From Octopus sinensis (lineage: Eukaryota), in NCBI RefSeq assembly GCF_006345805.1, contig NC_043007.1, positions 13,082,001 to 13,146,000 of the forward strand: a stretch of 64,000 nt of DNA, written 5' to 3'. The translations under genes were made by a program, and so were the position numbers. Shown here piece after piece: positions 27,184 to 39,275 of this stretch (positions are counted from its first letter, which is position 1; the number at the start of each line of letters is the position of its first letter). The notes below the pieces were generated by a model, which was not told where the DNA came from, ran no database searches, and saw only the letters and a list, made by a program, of their open reading frames with translations.

Positions 27184-27938
27184 TTTTGAGTGCTACTGGT
27201 ACCATGTAGTCCAGTACAACTTGTTACATGGTCGGGTCGTCGGCGACTAAACTGGCAACCCCACCAGGCTTGCTTGGTGAGGCGGGTGATTGTTGGACAC
27301 CCTGCGGGACAAAATAATAAGACCCGTCAAAGGGCGGAAGAACTACAGCGTAGTCAACGGCCGATAATCTCCTGAGTGAAATGTCGCCTTTCAGTAAGTA
27401 AATTAACATTTTAGTGGTGCAGCATGTATTATGTAGTTACTGTATTTCGTATATTTGAAACAGTCCGATGCATAGCAATAATAACTAAACTTGATGGATG
27501 ATGTGATAGAAGTAGTGTAACTCAGAACAGGCGATATAAGAAATAATGATACATTATGTATTTGCTAAAGTTCTCGTTGAGTAAAGTTGCGCAGCGAAAG
27601 CGTACTGGGGGAATCACCCAGTTCTCAGCAGGGTAATGACCTGCAAAAAGAAAAAGACCCCCCCCCAAAAAAAACAAACAAAAAAAACAAGCAAAAATAA
27701 GCAGAAAAAATATGGATACCATTTTTGATATTTATTACATAGTTATTTACAAATGTTGGATGGCCGTTGACTACGCTGTAGTTCTTCCGCCCTTTGACGG
27801 GTCGTCTTATTATTTTGTCCCGCAGGGTGTCCAACAATCACCCGCCTCACCAAGCAAGCCTGGTGGGGTTGCCAGTTTAGTCGCCGACGACCCGACCATG
27901 TAACAGGTTGTACTGGACTACATGGTACCAGTAGCACT
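27184..27938. mobile_element. Long-inverted-repeat element (about 178-bp near-identical arms, about 400-bp spacer), MITE/foldback-like
   Basis: 27184-27362 is the reverse complement of 27761-27938 apart from one substitution and one small indel. The last bases of the right arm (CAAAA) resume at 28713-28717, beyond the RTE insertion. Confidence 0.85.
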
Positions 27939-28706
27939 AAATCATCATCATCATTGTTCGACCGTGGTCGAGACAATGGAATTTACTATGTTACGCCAGA
28001 CTTCACGGTCCATCATAGCATTACGGAGGTCCTGTTGCTGGATGCCTGTATCCCTGGAGATTACATCAGGGTAGGAGAGTGTGCGCCCTCAGGTATTGCG
28101 AGTAGATGGCTTCCAGAGGAGAAGAGTAGAAATTACTTCTTTTTCAGCTCTACAACAATGTCCAGCAAACTGGACTCTCCTACCTTTCACAAGAGATGAC
28201 ACAGGTGGTAGTTTCCCATATATTTGCATTTTGGTTGGATGGCGCTTCCACGAGAGATTTTGAGCTCTCATAAGGAGGCGAGTGTAGGTTCCATCCAACC
28301 GCCTCTCAAGCTTCTTTGATAACGTCCAGGTTTCTGAGCCATATAGTAGAATTGGTTCGATTGTGGCTTTGAATATTTCAAGTTTGAAGTCTCTACTTAG
28401 ATTTGATGACCAGATCTTATGCATGTCATTACAGGCTGACCAGGCCATACCCTTTCTAGTTAGAAAGTCTTTTCCAGATGATGATATGTATGACCCAAGA
28501 TATTTATAATCAGAAACCATATTTAAAGGCGCATTGTTGAGAGTTTGGATGATGCAATCACTGTTGGACAGGCACTTGTTTATGTATTCAGTTTTGGCCT
28601 CATTGAGGTAAAGACCTACACAATTTGAGGCTTGTTCAAGAGATTGTAAAAGAGACTGGGCATTGGAGAGAGAATCACTGATAAAAGCGATGTCGTCAGC
28701 AAAGTC
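27939..28706 (-). mobile_element. 5'-truncated RTE-clade LINE with one in-frame stop and a (GAT)n tail
   Basis: DFADDIAF..GLYLNEAKTEY..YKYLGS..ILLYGSETWTL..RRVQFAGH..LLWKP; after a TGA the frame continues GRTLSYPDVISRDTG..MMDREVWR. Flanked by AGCACT at 27933-27938 and 28707-28712 (TSD). Confidence 0.92.
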
Positions 28707-31069
28707 AGCACTCAAAAGCGACCTGACGACAACCGAAATGACATCAAATATATAAATAACTGTATACATGTATATATAACTACGGGGATAAATACAAATT
28801 ACATCATGCAATGGAAATTTGTATTGAGTGAAGGGGTCACCAACTGACCGGGGTACACCTAAACTTGAGTAACGGGATGGGCAGAAACGATAACAAAACT
28901 TTCCGATTAGTAAATAGGATGTGTCAAGTTGCTCCCTTACATCTATTCACTCCGTGAGTGCTGTTGCTAACACGATGCTCTAAGCAACTTGTTGCATGGT
29001 ATGGTCGGCGGCGGCTGAACAAGCCACCAAACGTGCTAACCGGGTGAGAAACGTTGCAGGACAAAAAAAAAAATGTCTGTCAAATGGATGAACCCAGTGT
29101 AGAGTCAACGATTATCTAGCAATGGCGCGAAGACCTAAGATATTTCGAGTTGATGTCCTGAGGTACTTGATGGTATCACTTAATCTCCTCTCATAAGAAT
29201 TTCTAGCCTTGTGCCTAAATTAGGAAACATTAATAAATAGAACGGGAAAAATTCAATTTTTCCTTAGAGATAGCTTGGTATACTTTTATTTGGAGAACCG
29301 TTTGTTCTCCAGTCATCATCTTGATCTGATCACCATTGTCGTTATTGTGTAGCACTCATAAAGATACTCATTCTCCCATCGAAGATCCGCAGAAAGATGA
29401 GAGTTTATCTGTCAAGTGACGAAGTTAAAGAACTCCTTTAATCTCCGCTCTGATAATTCGATCCCAAATGTTCATATCACCAATCGACTCATGAAAATCC
29501 GTTTAGTAAATGCCATACTCCATCACTGAGTTGTCTCCGCCCATTTTTTCTCCTCCTTATGTTATGCGTGTGTGATTTCAAGTGCTTCGGCTAAGTTATC
29601 AGGAAGCGAACAAGCAGCTTTTCACTCGATACAAATAATGCCCCTTCCACTTAGATATTTGCTACTCTTCAGAGTTTAATGTGTATATTTTTCCTTGCCT
29701 TTTTTTTTTTTTTTTTTTGAAAAGAAAAAAAAAAAGTCTTACAAAGCAATAAAATTAGTAAAACTTGTTCAGAAGGTAGAATAATTGATTTGAAAAAAAG
29801 GTGCTTTAAAATAAACTTGCCGTTTCCAAGCCATAAAGAACTCACACACATGAACACCACCGAACTTGCCTTCAATAGTAACTTGATTCTGCTTTAATTC
29901 TTCTCAGCAAATATCCTGTAAGCCTTTAAACGACTGCAACAGCTACACAAACAAATCCCTCTGCCGTTTCTTCGTGTTTCTTTTCTTTTTCTTTTTGTGT
30001 ACAGCACCACTCCAATCACCCCCCAGTTGAAAACTTCTGTTATCGCCCCCGATCCACTCAGTGTCTTTCGCTGGAGATCTTTTTTTTTTTTGTTTTTTCT
30101 TAGGTGGATTTAGATTCTCAGAAATCACCATTGCAGCACTGATTGGAGGTGACATCGGCCATCAGTCGATGCACACCTTCCTCGTGCTCAGCAGATGTAA
30201 TTCGATTCCGAAATTTCACTTTAGACGCTGGGCCGTTGCTGCATGGTTACGGGGTGTACGTGTTTACCCGTACCCACTCATTGTTCACCGATTTCCACTT
30301 AACCAAACAATGGCAGGCATCTATCTTCTTCTACTCGGGATTCAGCAAATAAGATATTTTGACATTTAAGAAAGAAAGAAGGAAAATAAGAAAGAAGTAA
30401 AGAAAGGGGGTACTTACAGCGGAAACGGGGGTTAGTTTGTGCTAGTCTTCGTCTTCTGAAAAAAATGCTATTACTTGCTCTCTTACTTTTGAATATCGCG
30501 TAAGATATTTTCATTCGGTCCATTTAGCTTTTTTGCTGTTAATTGTTGAAAGGAATTTTGATATTGTACAAGATAAACTACCTTTCTAAGTGTTGTTACG
30601 CCGCTGTCTTAATAAATATTGTAATTGTAAAACAAGAAGTGATTTGTTGCCCCTTCTTTTTTAAAGTTTGTATTTGTTTTGGTTTTCAGTTTCTTCTGTC
30701 TAGTTGTACTTACCTTGACAATGTGATTCCAAGAGGGCGTTCTGCGTACTTATCGAATGCCCACTATGGTTAGGGTCCCACAGATTTTAATTTAGCGAAC
30801 TGGAACAAAAACCGCTTGATTATATATTTTCAATCCAATAAATTTGTAGATTATATGTATGCATATCATGTGCATAGAGTAGAAGCTGTTTATTATGATC
30901 TATCACCTTGCGACGAAACCTTATCCGGGTGATAACATTAAGCAAATAGATTGTAATCAAAAATGCTGATAATGATAATCACGGGTAACAATCATGAAAA
31001 TTAAAATCATTATATAGATACGTTATATATAAACGTATGTCCGCATTATAATGCATTAGGATATATCCT

Positions 31070-31138
<69 letters not shown>

Positions 31139-31547
31139 TATATATTGTTATATTTCGGAATGGTCATATTGCCAGTTAGCCAATAAAACTTGCACAACAA
31201 ATATTTAAACGTATATATATATATATTATATATATATAATAATGGAGAAAGCCGCTTATTAATTAGGTATGTAACAGTTACTAAAAGAAAGCAATTATTA
31301 AAGCTTGACCGTCTGGAAAGTTTTTTATAAGCTCATGCTCCAAGAATTTCCTGTAATTTCGATATATATATATATCTTTAAAAAATATATCTTTTGATAA
31401 GCATAACAAATGCGCAACCGGTAAAGAACTTTCACCTAACTAAATACACTCTCCCTTACTTAATTATTTTGTCAGCATTTTCTTCATTTCCTTTTTTTAT
31501 ATATCACAACTCGTGTTCCACATCTCCTTTTTTAAATATATATATAT

Positions 31548-31597
<50 letters not shown>

Positions 31598-31598
<1 letters not shown>

Positions 31599-31865
31599 CG
31601 GGAAGCTTTATGAAAATAGACAAAAGACGAAGGCAGGTGGGAAACAAACAAACAATTGTATTAGTATGGCGCTCAGGAAATAAATAAAACAAGTCTTTAA
31701 CGTTTCGAGCCTACGCTCTTCAACAGAAAGATACACAGAGAGAAAAAAAAAACACACAAAGAAGGAGAGAAAAAAAATGCGTGCAGTAACTAACGAATCA
31801 ACATGGCGATCTGATTTCGGCCAGAGGTCAAAGATCAAACATGAGACGCGAGAGCGAAATAAGGG
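31598..31865 (-). mobile_element. Short Penelope-like (pseudo-LTR) element carrying a hammerhead motif
   Basis: Highly similar to 54586-54785 and related to 23222-23400. Abuts a (TA)n tract. Confidence 0.65.
31694..31731 (-). ncRNA. Hammerhead-like motif with variant core CUGUUGA
   Basis: Minus strand: TCTTT-CTGTTGA-A-GAGC(gtag)GCTC-GAAAC-GTT-AAAGA, giving a 5-bp stem I, a 4-bp stem II and palindromic AACGTT. Confidence 0.6.
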
Positions 31866-31934
31866 GAGATAAGGGGGTTGATAATAGGGTTCGTTTCTTT
31901 CATCAACCATTATCATTATCATCATCATCATTAT

Positions 31935-32280
31935 GGCGGTGAGCTGGCAGAATCGTTAGCACGTCGTGTGAAATGCTTAGCGGTATTTCGTCTGCCGCTA
32001 CGTTCCGAGGTCGACTTTGCCTTTCATCCTTTTCGGGGTCGATAAATTAAATATCAGTTACGCACTGGGGTCGATGTAATTGACTTTGTCTGTCCTTGTT
32101 TGACCCCTCTGTGTTTAGCCCCTTGTGGGTAGTAAAGAAATAGGTATTTCGCCCGTTGCTACGTTCTGAGTTCAAATTCCGCCGAGGTAGATAAATGAAG
32201 TACCAGTTGAGTACTGGAGTCGATGTGATCGACTGTCTTCTTCCCCACAAATTCCAGGCGTTGTACCTATAGTAGAAAGG

Positions 32281-32285
<5 letters not shown>
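31935..32285 (+). mobile_element. SINE-A with internal deletion and expanded (ATT)n tail
   Basis: GGCGGTGAGCTGGCAGAATCGTTAGC head, core and tail running into (ATT)n. Confidence 0.88.
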
Positions 32286-32342
<57 letters not shown>

Positions 32343-32504
32343 CATTATCATTCAGTAGTGTTATTGTTATAACGTGCTTTCACTGCACTACCAAGCGCAG
32401 CTCTGTGTGCCTTAGGTATGTGCTGTATTTGTTTTGATGCTATTATAGTTACTGTATTGAAAGTGTTTTACGTAGGATCGTCGTCGTCATCGTCATCGTC
32501 ATCG

Positions 32505-32547
<43 letters not shown>

Positions 32548-32625
32548 TATTATTATATATCTGTGTAAGCAATAAAATAGCTTACTTTTGAATGTCGTTT
32601 TCTCACTTTCTTCATTTATCTTATA

Positions 32626-33138
32626 CTAGCAGTATCGCCCGGCGTTGCTCGGGTTTGTAAGGGAAATAACTATATAAGCATTTTTAGAGAGTTACTTCCC
32701 TTATAGATGCCAATTCGTGCTTTCTTAGCCATTTCTGTTTTGGTGTCTTCAAGCCATGAAGTCGTTGTTCTAAAAGAACACTGGTCTCCTTGACAACGCT
32801 TTACGACGTTGATTTCCTTACACTCCCTTCCCCACAGCTTCACGAGGGAGGAAAGAAGGGGGAGAAGCAAACAGGTGCAGATGTGAGCGTGGACGCCAAC
32901 TCCGCCGCCATCGACACACGAAAAATTATGCATTAAAATGGAATAAAAAATGATGTTAAATTATTTTTAAAATCGTAGACTCATCGTAGACGCGCGCTAA
33001 TACCCAGACGGGCTCGGTATGAATTACGACTATAAGATACCCGAATTTGGTTAAACTGCACCGCAAAATTTGGGAGTAGTTAGGAATCTAAATCGAAGGG
33101 GACAGACACTCACACAACTACAGTTTTATATATATAGA
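32626..33138 (-). mobile_element. Non-autonomous Helitron (second copy)
   Basis: Same 5' TC and 3' CTAG ends, CCCGAGCAACGCCGGG hairpin, A|T insertion site. Near-identical to 22077-22584. Confidence 0.87.
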
Positions 33139-33521
33139 TTACTTGAAAAATTTATTCCTTCACAAAATCTATGTAATCTTTCAAAAATGGAAATGTAATT
33201 CCATATTTTGAAACATGCTAAAAAAGCTATATTTTACTCTAAAGTAGAATCTCCTTGTCGACAGAATAGTCAGTAAATATACTGTTTCCATTTCTCTCAG
33301 CCAATTTTTTTCACATTAACCTTCTTCCGAACTCTAGATAAAATGACATACAACTGACCTTGTGAGAAGAATTGTGTGTTGAAAGATACATTCCAGTTTG
33401 TTTAAATGTCTGACCCCGTACCCTGTTTCATATCGAGGCGAAGGCTGGTTTGACAGGAAATTCTTTGTGCGTAAATGTGAATGGGAATTCTATTGCTTGA
33501 GACACGTGCGGTATCTTTGGG

Positions 33522-33905
33522 TGGTGGAGGCGCAATGGCCCAGTGGTTAGGGCAACGGACTCGCGGTCATAGGATCGCGGTTTCGATTCCCAGACCGGGC
33601 GTTGTGAGTGTTTATTGAGCGAAAACACCTAAAGCTCCACGAGGCTCCGGCAGGGGGTGGGGTGGCGATCCCTGCTGTACTCTTTCACCACAACTTTCTC
33701 TCACTCTTACTTCCTGTTTCTGTTGTACCTGTATTTCAAAGGGCCGGCCTTGTCACTCTCTGTGTCACGCTGAATATCCCCGAGAACTACGTTAAGGGTA
33801 CACGTGTCTGTGGAGTGCTCAGCCACTTACACGTTAATTTCACGAGCAGGCTGTTCCGTTGATTCGGATCAACCGGAACCCTCGTCGTCGTAACCGACGG
33901 AGTGC
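33522..33905 (+). mobile_element. SINE-C1
   Basis: Same head and tail X (CACGTTAATTTCACGAGCAGG...GTCGTAACCGACGGAGTG). Confidence 0.92.
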
Positions 33906-34153
33906 TTCCATCTTTGGGTTTTAGCAGCGTTGATCCTGCATAAGGACCAGTATCGACCTCGATTTCAATATGATCATGTGTCTGTGGAGTGCTCAGCCAC
34001 TTACACGTTAATTTCACGAGCAGGCTGTTCCGTTGATTCGGATCAACCGGAACCCTCGTCGTCGTAACCGACGGAGTGCTTCCATCTTTGGGTTTTAGCA
34101 GCGTTGATCCTGCATAAGGACCAGTATCGACCTCGATTTCAATATGATCATGT
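33804..34153 (+). repeat. 174-bp perfect tandem duplication of a SINE 3' end plus unique flank
   Basis: GTGTCTGTGGAGTGCTC starts at 33804 and again at 33978. Both copies carry the same private GATTCGGATC variant. Confidence 0.92.
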
Positions 34154-34317
34154 TATTGAGATAGCTTTTTAGCATGTTTCAAAACATGGATTTACACTTG
34201 TAAGCTTACAATGATGTGACGTGAGCCATTGCAATGGCATCGTAATTTCTCAAAAGGCAAAATGCAACTTCTTTGCTTTAGTTTGAGAATTTGTCGTGGA
34301 AACCCTGATGGTATATA

Positions 34318-34605
34318 GGTTCCTTCTCGAGCCATGCCTGGCTCATAAGGGCCGGTTTCCCGGTTTCTTGGCGTATAGGCTCCCCACCTGGACGGGACGC
34401 CAGTTAAGCTGCAAGATGCAGGAGGAAAGGGTAAGAGAAAGTTGTGGCGAAAGAGTCAGCAGAAGTTTCGCCATTACCTTCTGCCGAAGCTGCGTGGAGC
34501 TTAGGCATTTCACTTTTAAACACACACATCACCCAGTCTGAGATTCGAACCCGCAATCCCTCGACCGCAAGTCCGCTGCTCCAACCACTGGGCCATGTAC
34601 CTCCA
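34318..34605 (-). mobile_element. SINE-C2 (C-type head and middle, tail Y)
   Basis: C-type head joined to a GGCGTCCCGTCCAGGTGGGGAGCCTATACGCC..GAAACCGGCCCTTATGAGCC tail. Confidence 0.85.
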
Positions 34606-35544
34606 CAAGGAGAACGATTGGGCACAGAGCTGAGCCTGGTTATAAACTGTATCCAAGTTTATGTATATTTCTATGCAACTTTTTTGTATATTTCATTTTT
34701 CTTATTTGAAATCCTGAAACACAATTTTCTTTTTCCGTGGCTGTAGTCTACTCAAAATACATTTATGGCATAAATATTCAAAATTTTGGAAAAGGAATTA
34801 TCTGTTTGCTTCAGTTTAAATATAATTATTTGTCTCAAATTTTCTTCTCTAAGTTAGGATGCATTTTATACAGAGGTGTGATACACTAGCAAATACTCTA
34901 CATTTTTTTCCCAGGTACCAATAAAATTAATAATAAAAACCCCATTGGAATTTCGAGATTAAAGCAGAGCAATTCAGAACGAAAACTTTCTCCAGTAAAT
35001 TATCGTCTTTCTCTTTTTCTTTACTGGTTTGAATTATTACGGAAGCCACAAGCGCAATAAAAAACAAAAGACGAAATAAATAAATTATATAAACAAACAA
35101 GAAAACAAACAGAACAAAACCGTTTTCGTCTATTCTAATTTAAGTAAATAGAATTAGGCATTGAATGTGGGAATATAAGAGCTGTTTGTTTGTGTGTGTT
35201 CAAATAAGAGTTTTGAATGAGAGGATATCTGACAAACTAAAATTGTTTCAGCGATAAATTTCCACTCTCGGTCGTAAATCTATCAGCATTGGAAAAAGCG
35301 CACGCGCGCACACAAGCACGAAATTCGTACTATACACATAAGCACACACGCATATACACGCGCGTGCACACACACACACACATTCTCTCTCTCTCTCTGT
35401 ATCTATATGTATGCATGTATATGTGTGTATATTTATGTGTGTGTTTGTGTACGTGTGCATATGTGTATAAATCCTTAAATCCTTTAAAATGTTTTAGCCC
35501 GAAGGCCGCGGCCATGCTGGGGCACCACCGTATGTATATATTTT

Positions 35545-35920
35545 TTATTATTTTACTCGTTTCAGTCATTTGACTGCGGCCATGCTGGAGCATCGCCTTT
35601 AGTCGAAGAAATCGTCCCCAGGACATATTCTTTGTAAGCCTGGTACTTACTATTGCCAAACCACTAGCTTACAGGAACGTAAACACACCAACATCGGTTG
35701 TCAAGTGGTGGTGGGGGAACAAACACAGATACACAAATACATACATACATACATACATACATACATACCTCGGGTTTCTTTCAGTTTCCGTCTACCAAAT
35801 CCACTCACAAAGCTTTGGTCAGCCTGAGGCTATAATAAAAGACATTTGCCCAAAGTGCTACGCAGTGGGACTGAACCCGGAATCATGTGGTTGGGAAGCA
35901 ATCTTCTTATCACACAGCCA
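35545..35920 (-). mobile_element. SINE-B
   Basis: Tail through head, with internal (TACA)n. Confidence 0.88.
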
Positions 35921-36189
35921 CTCTGTATATATGTGTGCGTGTGTATGTGTGCATGTATGCACGTGTGTGTATGCATATGTATATATATGTATGAGTCAAA
36001 AGATTTTGTTATATCTCAAGCTTTAACAGTTCAAATAAATTACTTATGAAAAGCGTTTATTCTTCAGAATATATCCCATCATATTCTATTCTCTGTTGTC
36101 ATCTTTGGTCTTACTATGACAATTATACAAGGGGTTGCTGAAAAGTTCCTGGCTTTGGGTAAAAGAAAATACAGGAGGGTCAGTTGTGA

Positions 36190-36575
36190 TCTCATTTGCT
36201 TTGTATCATGGGGTTTCTGATTCAGTCCCACAGCGTGCCATCTTGGGCAAGTGTTTTCTACTATATATAGCATCGTGCCAACAAATGTCTTGCGCGTGAA
36301 TTTGGTTGTTGGAAACTACGTGGAAGACCGTCGTACATGTGTGTATATGTGCCTTTGTGTCTGTTTGTTCAGACCACCACCACTACCACCACTCGACAAC
36401 TGGTGTTGGTTTGTGAACGTCGGCATGAGCTAGCGATTCGGTGAAGGAGATCGATATAACCAGTACCAGACTTTAAAAATATGTACTGGGGTTGATTTGT
36501 TCAACTACAACCCTTCATGGTGGTTACCCTAGCATGACTGCAGTCCAGTAACTGAAAGAAGTAAAAGATAAAAGA
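36190..36575 (+). mobile_element. Old, degenerate SINE-B
   Basis: CCATCTTGGGCAAGTGTTTTCTACTAT core and GCATGACTGCAGTCCAGTAACTGAAAGAAGTAAAAGA tail. Confidence 0.7.
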
Positions 36576-36613
36576 AATAGATATAACCATACATTGAAGG
36601 GTTTCATATATAT

Positions 36614-36646
<33 letters not shown>

Positions 36647-36898
36647 ATAACTATATACTCCGATTTAAAGACACTTTATTTATCCAAACAGTTGACTGAA
36701 AAAATGATGAGCTAACTCCAGCTAGAATCGAACACACAAATCAACGCTTACACAGCTCCTTGCGCATTCGATTGAGCCACAACATTCACCCATAAATTTC
36801 TGTCAAATTCAATGTATAGAAGTGTAACTGTATACTTAACTCTGTGTGTGTGTGTGTATGTGTATATCTATATTTATATATATATATAGAGAGAGAGA

Positions 36899-37115
36899 GA
36901 GCAGTTGTATACAGTCAACTTAACGTGACAGTCCCATAAAGGGAATCACACAACCGCTATTTAGCCTTTGGAAGCATCAACGCTTCCTGTCGGCCTTGAC
37001 ACATTTCCTGTGTCCTTATATTTACAAGGGGGAGACAAGCACCCCACCCAGCTAAGCCTGCATCCAGAGACTAGTTTCTGAGTCTTGCTCGTCATCAGTC
37101 TGGAGTAGCATGCCT
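36899..37115 (-). mobile_element. ~215-bp hammerhead-bearing interspersed element (second copy)
   Basis: Reverse-complement homolog of 26960-27167, with shared blocks such as GGACACAGGAAATGTGTCAAGGCCGACAGGAAGCGTTGATGCTTCC. Confidence 0.7.
37063..37104 (-). ncRNA. Minimal type I hammerhead ribozyme motif, identical to 26972-27013
   Basis: The reverse complement reads TCCAGACTGATGACGAGCAAGACTCAGAAACTAGTCTCTGGA, 42/42 identical to the other copy. Confidence 0.75.
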
Positions 37116-37162
37116 GGTATGTGTGTGTATATATATATATATATTATATATATATATATATA

Positions 37163-37288
<126 letters not shown>

Positions 37289-37317
37289 GTGTATATATAT
37301 ATGTGTATATATATATA

Positions 37318-37359
<42 letters not shown>

Positions 37360-37369
37360 TACACATCTT

Positions 37370-37738
37370 GTATCTTTTATTTGTTTCAGTCATTGACTCT
37401 GGCCATGTTGGGGCACAGCCATGAGGAGATTAGTCGGACAAGTCGACTCCTATTTCATATATCTTTTTTTAAGCCTGGAACTTATTCTATCGGTCTCTTC
37501 TGCCGAACTTTAAGTTATGGGGACATTAACAAATCAACACCAGTTGTAAAGCGGCGTTGCGGGACACACACACACAATCATATGCGACGGGTTTCTTTCA
37601 GTTTCCATCTACCCAATCCACTTACAAGGCTTTGGTCGACCTGAGGCTATATAAGAAATTTGTCCAAGGTACCACGCTGTGGAACTGAACTCGGAACCAT
37701 GTGGTTGGGAACCGAACTTCTTACCACACAACCACGCC
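37370..37738 (-). mobile_element. SINE-B
   Basis: Tail through head. Confidence 0.85.
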
Positions 37739-37779
37739 TCTGTGTGTGTGTTTGTGTGTGTGGTATAGTACATCTATTA

Positions 37780-38011
37780 AGGCGGCGAGCTGGCAGAATC
37801 GTTAGCACGCCGGGCGAAATGTGTAGCCGTATTTCGTCTGCCGTTACGTTCTGAGTTCAAATTCCGCCGAGGTCGACTTTGCCTTTTATCCTTTCGTGGT
37901 GAATTACATAAGTACCAGTTACGCACTGGGCTCGATATAATCGACTTAATCCATTTGTCTGTCCTTGTTTGTCCTCTCTGTGTTTAGCCCCTTGTGGGTA
38001 GTAAAGAAATA
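37780..38011 (+). mobile_element. SINE-A, one-unit form, 18-bp TSD
   Basis: TSD GGTATAGTACATCTATTA at 37762-37779 and 38012-38029. Confidence 0.93.
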
Positions 38012-38683
38012 GGTATAGTACATCTATTATGTAAACCGGAGACAGGTTGGCTCTGACAGGCAGCATTGTCCTACATAGTCTACATAACGGCGGAGATGCC
38101 AGTGGTGCTGTCTGCGAGTGGATGGGCTCTGACAGGCTGCATTGTTTTACATACTGCTCCACAAAGATGAAGTGTCAAGAAGTGCGTCTTAAAACCATCC
38201 TGGTATGAGTCTCATTTGCACTCTACATAACTTGTCTGTTTATATACTGTTGCTTACAAATACGTGGAATTGCATTGAGTATTATGTGAAGTGTTTTCGT
38301 AATTAAAGATAGGCTTGTGTTACAAAAACTCTGCGTGTGCATATGCGTGCGCGAGGAGGAAGCATGTTCATATGTATGTTTGTGTGAGTGGATGTGTGAG
38401 TGCGTGCGTTTGACTGAGGAACGTTCGCAAGCTGTTGTCTATATTATATAGTTTATCAAGAAAGAGAAAAAGAAAGTTTTCCTGTATAAAGACGTGTTTA
38501 TAGTTATATTTGTAAACGGGATGTTATTTATAGTTGATCGTTTAATTCAATTAATCTCATTTCCACTCGATGTTCTTATGAATAATTCAATATGATAAGC
38601 GCTTCACTACAGCGCCAACGATAATGGCGAAGGATACATGTCCGCTGATGATGTCAAATAGTTACCAGAAACGTACGTCGTTG

Positions 38684-39275
38684 AAGGTGGCGAGCTGGCA
38701 GAAACGTTAGCACACCGGTCGAAATGCTTAGCGGTATTTCGTCTGCCGCTACGTTCTGAGTTTAAATTCCGCCGAGGTCGACTTTGCTTTTCATCCTTTC
38801 GGGGTCGATTAAATAAGTACCAGTTACGCACTGGGGTCGATGTAATTGACTTAATCCGTTTGTCTGTCCTTGTTTGTCCTCTCTGTGTTTAGCCCCTTGT
38901 GGGTAGTAAAGAAATAGGTATTTCGTCTGCCGCTACGTTCTGAGTTCAAATTCCGCCGAGGTCGACTTTGCCTTTCATCCTTTCGGGGTCGATTAAATAA
39001 GTACCAGTTACGCACTGGGGTCGGTATAATCGACTTAATCCGTTTGTCTGTCCTTGTTTGTCCTCTCTGTGTTTAGCCCCTTGTGGGTAGTAAAGAAATA
39101 GGTATTTCGTCTGCCGCTACGTTCTGAGTTCAAATTCTGCCGTGGTCGGCTTTGCTTTTCATTCTTTTGGAGTCGATAAATTAAGTATCAGTTACGCACT
39201 GGGGTCGACTTAATCCCTTTGTCTGTCCTAGTTTGTCTCCTCTGTGTTTAGCCCCTTGTGGGCAGTAAAGAAATA
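38684..39275 (+). mobile_element. SINE-A with three tandem internal ~180-bp units, 17-bp TSD
   Basis: The unit GTATTTCGTCTGCCGCTACG...AAAGAAATA occurs 3 times. TSD AGAAACGTA(CG/TA)TCGTTG at 38667-38683 and 39276-39292. Confidence 0.92.

Larger units (their letters stand above)
33190..34200. mobile_element. Old TIR element (about 40-bp inverted arms) hosting a SINE-C1 insertion
   Basis: AAATGTAATTCCATATTTTGAAACATGCTAAAAAAGCTAT (about 33191-33230) versus ATAGCTTTTTAGCATGTTTCAAAACATGGATTTACACTT (about 34162-34200). Confidence 0.5.

Noticed and set aside
28707-28811. N-terminal part of the 240-aa RTE ORF
   Set aside because: It lies outside the TSD. The frame merely stays open through flanking AT-rich DNA and is not part of the LINE.
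29350-30420. Comparatively GC-rich unique segments with short ORFs (for example 30061-30369)
   Set aside because: Stops occur in the plausible frames, and there is no recognisable homology or consistent exon structure.
33522-33600. tRNA-Arg-like sequence (also at 21075-21152 and 57245-57320)
   Set aside because: It has A and B boxes but no closed acceptor stem, and it continues directly into a multi-copy SINE body. It is a SINE head, not a tRNA gene.
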